A stretch of DNA of 64,000 nucleotides. It comes from Carcharhinus longimanus (lineage: Eukaryota). This document shows, in pieces, positions 1 through 12,392 of the stretch (its first letter is position 1; each line of letters starts with the position of its first letter). The translations under genes were made by a program, and so were the position numbers. The notes below the pieces were generated by a model. It worked only from the letters and a program-made list of their open reading frames with translations, was not told the origin of the DNA and searched no databases. The stretch spans positions 47,802,134-47,866,133 of the forward strand of contig JASCQW010000001.1 of NCBI GenBank assembly GCA_030264375.1, written 5' to 3'.

Positions 1-77
1 TTGTTGACATTGAGGGAGAGATTATTGTTGCCACACCAGTTCACCAGATTCTCTATCTCATTCCTGTACTCTGTCTC
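1..77 (-). mobile_element. Rex1/Babar LINE reverse-transcriptase fragment
   Basis: Minus strand translates ETEYRNEIENLVNWCGNNNLSLNVN, typical of Rex1/Babar RT; runs off the window edge. Confidence 0.75.
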
Positions 78-84
78 TGTCATA

Positions 85-690
85 TAATACCTTAGGCTTT
101 ATCAATAGGAACATGAGAATATAAGAATAAGGAAATAATGTTTAACCTATATAAAACACTGGTTCCGCCTCAACTGGAGGACTGCATATAGTTCCGGTCA
201 CCTCATTGTGGTAGATGAGAAGGATTGGAGAGTGTGCAGAAGAGATTCAGGAGAATGGTTCCACTCAGTTACATAAATAATTTGGGACTCTTCCTGGAGG
301 ATAAAAGGGTGAGAAGAGTTTTGATAAAGGTTTTCAAAATCATGCAGTGTCTGGACAGTGTAGATTTTGAGAAATTGTTCCCATTGGTGGAAGATTTGAG
401 AACCAGATGGCACAGTTTAAGGTAATTGGCAAACAAAGCAATGGTAACATGAGGAAAAGCTTTTTCACGCTGCATGGGGCTAGGATCTGGAACGTATTGC
501 CTGGGAGTGTGGTGGAGGCAGTTTTAACTGAGGCATTCAAGAAGGAATTGGAATACGATCGGGGGAAAAAAAAAAGAATCTGCAAGATTACGGAGAGAAG
601 GCACAGAAGTGGCACTCAATGAATTGCTCATTCAGAGAACTAGCACTGACATGATGGGCTGAATGACAACCTTCTGTGCTTTGAATTTTT
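85..690 (+). mobile_element. CR1 LINE 3' fragment (ORF2 C-terminus + 3' UTR), decayed
   Basis: Frameshifted ORF pieces ESVQKRFRRMVP, VFKIM..LD.VD.EKLFPL and FFTLHGARIWNVLPGSVVEA are CR1 ORF2 C-terminal motifs; followed by a gatgggc.gaatg.c..c.ttctgtgct tail. Confidence 0.9.
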
Positions 691-1328
691 GATGGTTTTA
701 GTGTCGACTATATTTTCATCCCTCACTAGCCAAATAGCCTGCTACCTCCTCGGGCATAACAAATGATCAGTCAGATGTGACACCAGTATGGTTAGTGCCC
801 CTAGAAATACATCCCTCTATTAATTATGGTTGGGTGACAAGGGAAAGAAACGAACAAAAGAAACGGTATTGAAAGATTTAATAAATGCTACGGGTGTTTA
901 AACATGAATGAGAAATGAATTGATAATTGGAAAACAGAACTCGTACCTCTTTATCTGTATCCCTTTTCATTGAGCTCTTGCTTGCCAGGCAGCTTGCTGT
1001 TGCTCCTGATGCTCTTTTCACACCAATGATAACCTCACTACCATGCACATTCGGAGAAGATGGCAAATACTATAGTCACAGCTAGACTGTGCTGCAACTG
1101 ATTCCAAAGGCAGACCTTGGTCTACCGAGGTGCAGACAAGTGCATTTCATGGAGTCAAATTATTTGAAGGTTGACACAGCCAGGAGGGTCTGTGCTGTTG
1201 AAACAGCGGCCAACATCACCTCTACATTTCAAAATGTGCAATATTTAACTTTTTTAATTGAATTACTTATCTTTCCTTTTTAAATCAGGAGTTTAAATCT
1301 CAAATTAAAATGGTGCTTCACTTAATAG

Positions 1329-1330
<2 letters not shown>

Positions 1331-1386
<56 letters not shown>
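1331..1386. repeat. Compound microsatellite (GT)20(GA)8
   Basis: Directly visible. Confidence 0.98.
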
Positions 1387-2034
1387 CATGAATTGGATTT
1401 ATGCCGTATTCCTATCTTCAATGCTGTGTGGAAATTGTTCCAAAACATTTTGACTCAATGCCTTGAATCTTCCTGAATTTCTGATCAGATTCCAATAAAA
1501 CTAGCTCATTTGGATCATCATTTAAGACTCTTACTGTGCAACACTATACATTCCTGAGTATTGCAGTGATAAATAAATATCTAATGTATACCTTTGGTTG
1601 CCTTTTTTTTGTACATGGTAGACATTAGGGATATTAGAGTACTAATTGAAGAGGCAGGGAGTCTTGCAGTTTCTTAATCAACATTCCTACTCCAATCAAC
1701 ATCACCAAAATAACATCTTGAGTTTGTATTGCAACTTTAGCATAGAAACTAGTCCAAAGGATATTCACAGTAGCAGAACATTCAAAAATTCACAATGAGC
1801 CAAAGAAGGGAATCTCAGAAGGGGGACGCAAAATTTTGTTAACATGGTGAGGCTTTATCCAAGATTTTCAAAGGGAAGTAGGAAGTAGAAAGAGGCAGAT
1901 ATGTTCATGGAAGGAATTTTCTTTTTCAGGGTCTACAATGCTGAAGACATCATTAGCAGTGGAGTGAAGGAAGTTGAGGGTATACAGAGTTCTGGGATGG
2001 TTGTAGGGATGGTGGAGATTACAGGGCTAGAGAG

Positions 2035-2765
2035 TAGTGGGGCATAAGTACAAGAGCACGGAGGTTATGCTGAACATATACACGACACTAGTTAAACATC
2101 TGATGGAATATTGTGTGCAGTTCTGGACACCTCACTGTAGGAAGGATGTGTATATGTTGGAGGGAGTGCACGAGAGGTTTACAAGAATTGTTCCAGGAAT
2201 GAGAAACTGTAGTAATGAGGATAGATTGGAGAGGCTGGGACTCTCCTTGGAGAGAAGAAGGCTAAGAGGAGATTTGTTGAGATGTTCAAAATAATAAAGG
2301 GACTGGACAGAGTAGATAGGGAGAAGCTGTCCCCACTCGTAAAAGGATCAAGAACAATCAGGCACAGATGTAGTGTGATTTGCAAAAGAAGCAAATGTGA
2401 TGTGATGAAAGCTTTTTTCACACAACGAATGGTTCAGATCTGGAATGCACTAGGGCAGGTTCGATCAAGACATTCAACAAGGCATGCGATAATGATTTGA
2501 ATGGAAACAGTGCGCAGGGATACGGGAAAAGGGCAGGGGAATAGCACCAAGTCATAATGCTTGTTTGCAGCAATAATGAGCTAAATAATGACAAAATACT
2601 GCAAATGCTGGAATCTGAAACAAAAACAGAAAATACTGGAAAGCCTCAACAGGTCTGACAGCATCTGTGGAGAGAGAATAGAGTCAACGTTTGGAGTCTG
2701 CATGACCCTTTGTCAGAGCAGATGGGCTAAATGGCCTCCTTCTGCACTGCAACAATTCAGTGATT
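2035..2765 (+). mobile_element. CR1 LINE 3' fragment
   Basis: ORFs YTTLVKHLMEYCVQFWTPH..KDV..LEGVHERFTRIVPG, LERRRLRGDL and FKIIKGLDRVDREKL; CR1 tail gatgggctaaatggcctccttctgcactg. Confidence 0.92.
2585..2719 (-). mobile_element. Penelope-like element terminal (pseudo-LTR) fragment inserted in the CR1 3' UTR
   Basis: Reverse complement matches 12261-12392 (cagatgctg.cagac.tg.tgag.ttttccagcattttctg..tttg.ttcagattccagcat); carries a decayed hammerhead core. Confidence 0.75.
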
Positions 2766-3209
2766 TTTTTCAACGTGAGGGTGAGAATTTTAAGTTACCA
2801 TTTCAGCAGCACATGGGCAAAGGTGAGATCTGTTACATATCTTTGTAATGGTGTGGGTATGGGGTTGACAGTTTAGCTCAGGGTAAAATAGGATGTTGTG
2901 GTTACGAACAGACTGACCTGAAACAGTGGTTGGGAATAACAGTTGAATTAGTGATGTGGGAATAAGATTTATGCTAGCAGATGAGTACCAGAGAGAATGG
3001 CTTCTTCCCAGTATTTAAATAAAGGAAATTGTGGGTCATCCCAGATGCTGAATAACACAGGAAGTGGCAATAGATTTGCTAGTCACTAATCTCATCACTG
3101 ATTAGATCTTGCTTTATACCAAATGTCTGCTACATATGCCTATAAATCAATACATTTTGAAGTAATTAATCTTATGCGAAGTAGTGAGAACTGTTTCTGA
3201 TGGATTTTT

Positions 3210-3410
3210 GATGGTAGCACTTCTGAAATAAAAGGTTGGGGATTCAAGTTCCATTGCAAAATCTTGAGCAAAATCTAGAATGAAATTTGAGCACAGTAAG
3301 AAGAAAGCACTGAACTGTTAGAGGTACATTTTTTGGAGGTATGGCATTTCAGATGGGCATATGGGTGTTATTGACACTATTCAGAAGTTCAGGGAGGAGT
3401 TCTCCCATCT
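3210..3410 (+). mobile_element. Ancient Deu-domain SINE (SacSINE1/AmnSINE1-like) remnant
   Basis: Degenerate tRNA-type head (gattcaagttcc) and Deu-like gacactattcagaag...ggagttctccc. Confidence 0.45.
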
Positions 3411-4062
3411 GCCTGCCAAGGGAATCAAAGTGGGCAGGGGCGGACCACACAAAGGTTCATTGAACATGGACGGGATTCCCCAGTTTTGGAGTGAGCACAA
3501 TCCCACCCCTGATGTCAATTAAAAACAAAATTTAGTGGATTCTATGATAGCCTCCATTATGTAACCGTATTCATACCTCAGCAGTTTCCCAGCGTCACTA
3601 CTTCTTTTGGTAGAGTTGGCACCTCCATGGCCTCAGATGCCCATACGAATTATGGAGAATAAAAACAATTCCTCATTACTCTTCTCCCTAAGATCTCTAT
3701 TCTGTTGTTTGACTCCAATACACACTCCATCTTTATCACCCTAAAGTTAATGTTATTATATTTTGTTTCTGACTTTGTCTCAGGCACTAAGTGTAAGGTG
3801 CTATTTAACATTCCGCCCAGAGGTCAAACTGTCTGTTCTCCCACTGACTACCTCCATCCTCCTGCAATGTCACCACCTCCCCCCCAAACCTCTCCAGATG
3901 AAAAATTAATATCCACCTGACTGAGTTCCAAACTTGAATCCTTCCCATTCTTCCCCTACTTCTTTTCTTATCACTTTCTATTGATGAACTTAGCTTCCAG
4001 CTGGTCACATTATCATCTTGTCTCAATCCTCCAGCATGGTTCCTAATTTCTTCATGCTTACC

Positions 4063-4357
4063 AGGTGGCACGGTGACACAGTGTTTAGCGCTGCTGCCTC
4101 AGAGTGCTAGGGACCCGGGTTCAATTCCTGGCTTGGGTGACTGTGCGGAGTTTTCACCTTCTCCCCATGTCTGTGTGCGTTTCCTCTGGGTGCTCCAATT
4201 TCCTCCCACAGTCCAAAAGATGTACTGGTTAGGTGCATTAGCAATGCTAAATTCTGCCTCAGTGTACCTGAACAGTGCCAGAGTGTGGCGACTATGGATT
4301 TTCATAGAAACTTCATTGCAGTGTTAATGCAAGCCTACTTGTGCCAATAATAAATAA
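4063..4357 (+). mobile_element. V-SINE, tail type B (gtgtggcgact...gtaagcctacttgtg..aataaa)
   Basis: tRNA head with A box (tgacacagtgtttag) and B box (gggttcaattcc), V-domain ttctccccatgtctgtgtg..tttcctctgggtgctcc..tttcctcccacagtccaaa, and A-rich tail. Confidence 0.93.
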
Positions 4358-4374
4358 ATGTGAATGAAAACTTC

Positions 4375-4712
4375 TTTGTTGTTCATTCACGGGACATGGG
4401 CATCACTGGCTGGCCAGTATTTACTGACCATTCCTAATTGCCTGAGGGCAGTTGAGAGTCAACCACGTTGTTTTGGAGTCACATATAGGCCAGACCAGGT
4501 AATGACTGCAGATTTCCTTCACTAAAGGACATTAGTGAACCAGGTGGGTTTTTATGACAGTCAACAATGGTTTCATGGTCATTAGTAGATTTTTAATTCC
4601 AGATTTTTTTTGTTGAATTCAAATTCCACCACCTGCCGTGGCATGATTCAAACCTCAGAACATTAGCTGAGTTTCTGGATTAATAGTCTAGCGATAATAC
4701 CACTAGGCCATC
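4375..4712 (-). mobile_element. tRNA-derived SINE family C (ggttcactaatgtcctttagggaaggaaatctgc core)
   Basis: Homologous to 46170-46520 and 63590-63915; 3' end matches the 3' end of the LINE at 24298. Confidence 0.85.
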
Positions 4713-6387
4713 ACTTGCACATTGGACCTGTCTCTTCCATTATTACTTTTACTGCTTTCTTCACTGGACATTAAGACCTGGATGATTTATAATTTCATTT
4801 AATTTATTTGACTGTTATGTCCTTACTCTTTCCTTGTACCTGTTAATACTTATTTGCTTCTTTGAATGTCCAAATCGGTCTTTGCTTCAATAATTATGTG
4901 GGTAATGCATCCCAAATTCTGAGAATCTTTAGTGTGAAAAGAACTTCTCTCTCTTTTACCATTTAATACCATTTTTATAGCCCCTTATTACTGATTCATC
5001 AATTAATGGAAGTAATGTTTTCCTCTTTATCCTCTTTAAAATGTTGGGCATTTTTATTAGAATCCCTTTAACCTTTTTCTATGATGCTGAGTATGATCAG
5101 AGTTTTTCAAATCTCTCATCATAATTGTATCACATTAACTGGCAGAGCAAGCTTGAGAGACTAAATGGCTGGTTCATGTTCTTACATTCCTATGGAGCTT
5201 CAACCTTTGTTTCACCACAGTAAATCTATTTTGTGTATTTTCTGCTCTGTGGTATTTTTTCTATGGTGGCTACATGGCAGAATACTGGATGGTTCTTGGC
5301 GTACATGAATTAATAACCGAGGAATGGAGGAGAGAAAATTGGTTGGTTAGAAATCATTAAAATGGTTTTCTAGAGCACACAATCTATAATCTTTTTAGGA
5401 ACACCCTGTGATATTGCTGACATAATATGTAGTGGTAGCTATTGTGAATTAAACGCTTTAAGTAATAGCTGGTCAGAATTGAAAAGGATTTGATTTAATG
5501 CCAGAGTTCAAGAAATTCTGAATTTCTTGCCTTAATAGTTTGAAAAGCCATCTGATCCCCTGCGATTAACTTATTGGTCACTATCAGTCTGTATTATGAA
5601 CCATGCAAATGCTCAAAAATTACTAATGCTTATAAAAGCTTGCATTGTTAATACAGATTGAGACTTCATTTGTGCAGTGACACTTTTGGTGTGAAATCTA
5701 GTGGAAAGTCACATATAAATGCTAAAACAAACTAAGTATCTGCTTGTTGAACATGCAAAACATAAAATGTGGTTAGAATTTGTTTTAAAGACTCGCTTGT
5801 CTCCCCTGCTTATGCTATCTTGCAACAGTAAGCATTAGCTTCTTTCACAATGTGCTGGATCATCAGATTCTGCAGCAGGAAATTGCACTTCAAATTGCAG
5901 TAGCAGCAAAATGAAATCTTGAATTCTGGCATGATAAAATACTGAGAAGTACACAAATGTCATCTGGTTCCCAAAATGGATTACAACTGGGTTGCCTGAC
6001 TAATGTTATGGGAAGCAATCGTCATCAAACATTGTAGAGAGAGGGGAAGAAAAAGAATAATCCCTTCTTTTGAGTTGATAGGATTGAAGAAACTAGAACT
6101 TGACCTAATTTATGCCAACCTAAATTTGCTTTATATTGTCTTTGGTTGCAAGCTCCACTTATTATCCATAAGCAAGAAAAAGTGTAACTTATAAAACAAG
6201 CATGCTCATTTGTTCTGCTTTATTTGAAAAAAATGATAATTGCACACTGAGAAATCATTAGGTTTGGTAAATTATTTTCTGTGAACCAGGAGACTTCAGC
6301 AGCAAGTTAGGAGTTTGGTATTGAGCACTTCCGAAGCTTTAGACTTTGTTTCAATTAACATTTGCTGTAGTCTTCCAGTTAGTTTAC

Positions 6388-6578
6388 TGGGTCCTCTCAC
6401 AATCCAAAGATGTGCGGGTTAGGTGGATTGGCCATCCTAAGTTGCTTATTAGTATCTGGGGGACTAGCTAGGGTAAATACATGGGGTTATGGGAATAGGG
6501 CCTGCATGGGATTGTGGTCAGTGCAGACTTGAGCCGAATGGCCTCCATCTGCACTGTAAGATTCTGTGATCTATGATT
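6388..6578 (+). mobile_element. HE1-type V-SINE, 3' half
   Basis: tccaaagatgtgcgggttaggtggattggccat...ccgaatggcctcc.tctgcactgtaagattctgtg; CR1/HER1-like tail. Confidence 0.88.
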
Positions 6579-6784
6579 ATAAATATAGTCATTATGTTCC
6601 AAAATCAACTTTTTATTGGAACTTTCTTACTCCAGCAGTACTGAATTTGGTGGATTGACACTTTAAAAAATACTTTCACCAGTAGGTGAAAGAATTGAAA
6701 AGCAGAGCGTTAAAATTTGGAATTGCAGGGGTGTTTTGTGAGTGCACAGAATGGCACGTGCAATTCCTGAATTTCCAACTATTT

Positions 6785-7058
6785 CATAGAATCATATAGT
6801 GCAGTAGAGGCTCTTGGCCCAACGAGTCTGCGCCGACACATGAGAAATAACTAAACTCCCACCTAATCCCATCTTCAAGCACTTGGCCCATAGCCTTGAA
6901 TTTTATGACTTGCCAGGTGCTTATCCAGGTACTTTTTATAGCATGTGAGGCAACACTGCCTCTATCACCCTCCTAGGCAGCACATTCCAGACTGTCACCA
7001 GCCTCTGGATAAAAAAGGTTTTCCTCATATCCCCCTCTAAATCTTCTGCCCCCTCACC
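6785..7058 (-). mobile_element. CR1 LINE 3' end
   Basis: Reverse-complement CR1 tail (catagaatcat) and the FFIQRLVTVWNVLPRRVIEA motif on the minus strand. Confidence 0.85.
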
Positions 7059-7360
7059 TACATAAGAACATAAGAAATAGGAGCAGGAGTAGGCCATCTA
7101 GCCCTTCGAGCCTGCCCCGCCATTCAATAAGATNNNNNNNNNNNNNNNNNNNNNNNNNNNNNNNNNNNNNNNNNNNNNNNNNNNNNNNNNNNNNNNNNNN
7201 NNNNNNNNNNNNNNNNNNNNNNNNNNNNNNNNNTCCCCCTCGCTATGAAGGCCAGCATCCCATTCGCCTTCCTGACCACCTGCTGCACCTGCAGGCTGGG
7301 TTTTTGCGACCCATGCACAAGGACCCCGAGGTCCCTCTGCACCGTCGCCTGCTGCACCTG
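7059..7360 (-). mobile_element. Young CR1 LINE spanning a 100-N gap
   Basis: Tail (acataaga)2 almost identical to 41832; ORF QRDLGVLVHGSQKPSLQVQQVVRKANGMLAFIARG; CpG-rich. Confidence 0.92.
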
Positions 7361-9399
7361 TGACATTTATTTTAATAGATGGAAAAACATCACACTCTCT
7401 CCAAACATTGTGCAAGTACAATATCCATTATGAGCACCAGATTATGAAATTCACTATTCAGACCTTTTTCATTCCATATTTGGTGGAATATTGGGCTAGA
7501 AATGTGTAAACTTTAATTCAGGTTTACTTCTGTCTTGAAAATTCAATATCTGTTTGTGAGACATCGTGCATCAATCTGTCCAAACTTTATTTGTACAATA
7601 ATGCCACTGCTTGTGAATCTGTTTTGTACAAACCTTGCACTTGAAACCAGTCTAGCTTGCTGGGTTGCAGTGGGTTATTTTTGTATGTTTGCATCCTTGG
7701 AGTTCAGATTAAACTCTGAATCTTAATGATATCTCTTTTCATGGTTTTCATGAACTTGATTTAAAAAGGCATTAAATTCTTGACTGCTATTGTAACATTT
7801 GGAGAAAGACAAGTTTATTCAAAAGGAGTAACTGTTTATAATGTATTTACAAAACTGATTAGCCTGGATATTGTAGCTTGTGAAAATATTGTTGTCAGCC
7901 CCTGTAAAATGACCAAATATCTTTGTAAGGGTTGATTTGATAATTTAATATCCCAACTTCCACTGAAATGGGATTGGGAAATTGACACTGAGGATGTCCA
8001 AGTGTTTCTTTGGGATGGAACTTGCTTGTACAAAATGTACTAAACTTGGGACACAAAATTTCACTTGTACTTTGTGAAGATTTATATGTTCTGCGTGTCT
8101 CCTGATTACTTAGTGTCTACAGTTTGGAGTTGAAAGCTAAGTTCTTTAATTGAAGATGCTTTCAATTGACCTTAAGGATGTAAGCTGACTTAACATCTAA
8201 AGCCACAACTCAAGAAATAAAATATATCAATTTCAGTGCAAGAATCTAATTATTTTTTTAATTAAAATTCTGCTTTGATACATTGAGCCACCCCAGCTGT
8301 TTTACACTGCTTAGCACCCCCAACACAGTACCAGACACTGAAATGTTGAGATGAAATTGCATCACATCAGAATACATCAGCTCTGTATTTGAACACACAC
8401 ACACATACATCACCTTTGTGTGTGCTTAAAAACCTAATGAGAATAATGGATGTAGATTTTGTACAGCACTCTGCAATTGACCTAGCGGTCTTATCTTTCA
8501 ATCAAGCAGCTTATCCTCATTTGTACCTTACAGTACTCCCACAGATATGTTACTGCTAAAGTTGAACTGCATTTCATGTATCTACTGAAAACTGATATGT
8601 GTAAAGAAAACCTGCAGTTGTGAACAAAGTACAGTGGGGCCTGATTGAGGGGTCTGTCATATGATATACTGGATTTAGCCACAGGGTGTGTGAAGAAGAC
8701 CATATAAACAGTGCATTGCTTATGAAATGAAACAAAAAAAAATCTACCAGACACACAACTTTAGAGATTTGATTGAAGAGCAATAATGAGCTTTCTTCTT
8801 GTTAAGTTTGACAATTGACTTGAAAGGTTGGGAGATTCAACCTTTAAACTCCTCCTGTCATCCAGCCAACCTTCCTTTGCTTAGACAGTGTATGCTCGCA
8901 TCCATCATTGCTTAATTAAAAGCGAATAGGAAAGCTAGTGGACCAATGACTCACAAAAGTATGTGGGCAGTAACCTCATTTATCATAAAATTAATGTAGC
9001 AGTGCCAACCAGATCGTATCTTGCATTGTTTAGCATGTACTTAATCCTTCATACATATTAACATTTAAAAGTAATAAAATTAATCTTTAATATATACCGT
9101 ATTTAAGTTCCCAAAGGTTCCTGGACAGGTGACATATTGTGCCATCATGCCTTTGGCCATGCAAATTTGCTTAAAATTGCCCAGGCAAGAAAGCGCATCT
9201 AGAATGGCACAGATATTGTAGGGTGTGTCTTTTTATCATCAAATATTTAATATAGCTGTTGGTTGTGTTTAGACATTAATATGATATTCTGACTACCATT
9301 CCATGGATTGAAATTGATACAATAGATGGTTGTTTCACACTGATCTGTTGCATACTGAAAAGCTCCTCACAAGTGGTAAGATATGTTTTGAATCATTAT

Positions 9400-10030
9400 G
9401 CTGGAATAGATCCTGATGTTCCAGTACCATCTCTTGAACCAACCTTTGTAATGTAGTGAAAGATGGTGTGTGACATGGAGGGAAAGTTGTAGGTGGAGGT
9501 GTTCCCATTCCTCTGCTGCGCCTATCCCTAAAGGGAGGTTTTGACATATAAGTCTTGGCAAACTACAGTGGTGCACCTTGTAGATGGTAGTCATTGCAGC
9601 CATGCTATGGCAGTGGGGGGTAGGGGACTGAATGTATATGGTGATGGCTTGGGTGCCAATCAAACAGACTGCTTTTTCCTGAATGGTGTCAAGTTTCTTG
9701 AACATTGTTGGAGTTGCAGCCAACCAGGCTAGTGGAACGTATTCTGTCACTCTCTTGACTTCTGGTTTGTTGAGATTCGAAAGACTGTGAGAATCAGCAG
9801 ATGAGTCCTGGGTGGCCTTGAGTCACTCAGAGCAGAATGTCCAACCTCTGATCTACTTTGGCTATCACAGCATTGGGTATGGCTGGTCCAGGTGAATTTC
9901 TGGTCAGTGGAATCTCTTGTTGGAGATATTCAGTGCTTGGAGGAAATATTACTTGCCACTTATCAGCACAAATCCTGGGTGTTGCCCATGTCCTGGTGCG
10001 TGTAAGCATGGACTGCTTTTTCTGAGGAAT
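9400..10030 (-). mobile_element. CR1-clade (Zenon-like) LINE ORF2 3' fragment
   Basis: ORF EYVPLAWLAATPTMFKKLDTIQEKAVCLIG...TIYKVHH and ADKWQVIF; same family as 24298-25290 and 57575-57925. Confidence 0.8.
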
Positions 10031-10304
10031 TACTGATGGAACTGAACACGTGTCTCCCCGAAAATGAAGGAACCTTGTTTAGTCAGCAGTTGACATTTGT
10101 TCTAGCACATCCTTCTCCAAAATTGTCATCACCAATTCCTTCTGATTGGGAGGCATGAAGGAACTTTGAAAGATTGAAAGAAGATTTCTGTATGTCTATT
10201 GGAGAAATCAAGCTATAGTGACTTTTACAGTAGCTCTAGAGATTGTCATCTGAATGAAGCTGATGTGCACTATGGACTAAAACTATTAGGAAAGCAGTGG
10301 ATAG

Positions 10305-10466
10305 TATTAGAACAGAGAACATAGAACACTACAGCACAAATAGGCCCTTCGGCCCACAAGTTGCGCCGATCATATTCCCTACCTAACAGACCTATCCATA
10401 ACCCTGAATCCCATTAAATCCCATGTACTCATCCAGAAGTCTCTTAAAAGACCCCAACGAGTTCGC
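10305..10466 (-). mobile_element. CR1 LINE 3' tail, heavily 5'-truncated
   Basis: (agaacat)n tail, ggcccttcggccca, and ORF end NSLGSFKRLLDEYM. Confidence 0.85.
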
Positions 10467-11957
10467 TGAACGCTGAGTTGAACGATAATTGAAGGAGCTG
10501 ATTAATATAGTATAAAAGTGAGAGGGATGTTGGAGCATAGTGGAATCCCTGAAAAAGACAGAAAACAGAAACAATCAACTATATGCACATCATGAGCTCA
10601 GAGGATTGGATATAATGTGTGATGGTAATTGGAAATGTATGGTGTTGGAAAAAACTATTGATTTTATAGACTTCCAAGAAGAGGATGTACGATTTACCCA
10701 CCTTCTCCAGAGTAGATTTCCAAAAGCATATAGCATAGCAACAAGATCATAACTGTTCTTAGTCAATGGCAAACAGGTGTCACTTTCTTCACCCACTGCC
10801 CAATTTTTCTTTCCATTGAAATCAGTTAAAAGGGTTTACCTGGCTGTGTTTTTCTTTGTAAAAAAATTACAACTTTTCTACATATATACGGAATGAAATT
10901 ATTTACACTCAACCCAAGAGATTGATCGCCACCAGATGAAGAATGGTGCTGGCGAAGAGAGTCAGCAAACACTCGGTCAGCTGAGATGCCAATCAAATCT
11001 CCTTTGTTCTGAGTGTTGATCCGTTTCCACAAGCAAGCTGACAGAATGAAGGCCCCCCAAATAAGCAATGCTGCCTGTTCCCCTCTCAGTGGGAGCAGTT
11101 TAAATCAGCCCACATGCGGTGTGCCCATGCCTCAAAGCATGCTAGTAATTGTGGCGTGGGTCAGATCTCTCAAGCTGTTGGATAATTTGAAGAATTCATT
11201 GCAGGTTTTTGTACTTTCAAGTTTTGATTTAAATTTAGGAGAGCAACAGTTCAAAGGTTAAGAGGCACGCCTTTCTTACATGTGATGAACAAATGAAAGG
11301 GTAAGTAGACAGGGAGAAAGTGAGACCATAAAGAACCAGATTGAGTTCAGAGACATTTATCTTCAGGATGAGAGGAAGGATACCATGAAAAGCATATTGG
11401 AATTCAAAGAGTGGGTGGAAATAATTTTGTTAGATGATTTAGGAAGAATTTTTGATTAGGTAGGATGATTTTACAACTATGATGGATAAGCAAGTTAGGT
11501 ACAAAAATAATGTCGCTTCAGACTAATCGAGGTGACCTGTATTATGGACATTTTTTAAAAAGATGAGATAAGTATAGAAAAGCAGAATTGGAAAATTACG
11601 TCAAACTAGGCTGTGGTTAGGCTAGAGTGGTACTGGCTCAAAGTATAAAATAAAGTGCTTCCTCAGACGTTGAGTGATTATTACGTGGAATGGAATACTG
11701 GATGGCGTATAGAGATAAAATTCTTGGAATCATTGAAGAAGAGTTGAATGCCAGAAAGGAACAATGTTGATGCTTTTGCGATTGATGATCTAAAATGGAC
11801 TGAAATCTTCTTCTTCCATTTTTGTTATGATTTTGCTTCATGAAAGATTTTCTCTCCTCCGAAGACAAAATTGAGCGCTATGTTTCCACCTGTCAGAGGA
11901 ATGAATTCACATTAAGCCACTTCAGAACTACTAGTCTGAAAGTGTTATAGGTCTGAA

Positions 11958-12233
11958 GGAACGGCACAATGGCACAGTGATTAGCACTGCTGTTTCACAG
12001 TGCCAGAGATCTGAGTTTGATTCCGGGCTTCGTCACTGTCTGTGTGGGTTTTGCACGTCCTCCCTGTGTCTGCACGGGTTTCCTCTAGGTGGTCCGGTTT
12101 CCTCCCACATTCTAAAAGACGTGCTGGTTAGGCGCATTGACCTGAACAGTGCCAGACTGTGGCGACTAAGGGAATTTCACAGTAATTGTAGTGTTAATGT
12201 GTGCCCAACTTGTGACTAATAAATAAATAAACT
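11958..12233 (+). mobile_element. V-SINE, tail type B
   Basis: tggcacagtgattagcactgct head, V-domain, gtggcgactaaggga..tttcacagtaa tail, then aataaataaa. Confidence 0.92.
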
Positions 12234-12260
12234 TTTATATAGCAAGATGCCTTTTAGTAT

Positions 12261-12392
12261 TGATAAAGGGTCATCTGGACTCGAAACATCAGCTCTTTTC
12301 TCTTCTTACAGATGCTGCCAGACTTGCTGAGATTTTCCAGCATTTTCTCTTTTGGTTTCAGTTTCCAGCATCCGCAGTAATTTGCTTTTATC
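12261..12392 (+). mobile_element. Penelope-like terminal fragment with hammerhead-like core
   Basis: TGATAAA-GGGTC-atctg-GACTC-GAAAC followed by the PLE-type cagatgctgccagacttgctgagattttccagca...gcagtaatttgctttt end. Confidence 0.78.

Larger units (their letters stand above)
1720..3080 (-). mobile_element. Old L2-type LINE remnant, split by the CR1 at 2035-2765
   Basis: Purine-rich decayed sequence resembling an L2 3' region; similar to 22800-23400 and to the reverse complement of 20510-20970. Confidence 0.5.

Noticed and set aside
878-1225. Possible minus-strand coding exon ending at donor AG|GTACGA (~947), ORF MPSSPNVHGSEV...
   Set aside because: Upstream extension has stops in all frames, the acceptor is weak and the peptide is unrecognised; at most non-coding unique sequence.
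4063-4135. tRNA-like A/B boxes here and at many other positions
   Set aside because: All are heads of SINEs followed by SINE bodies; no complete cloverleaf.
6674-6692. Short palindromes (tttcacc-agta-ggtgaaa here; tacatgtatacatgta near 56900)
   Set aside because: Expected by chance or by local slippage in 64 kb of AT-rich DNA.
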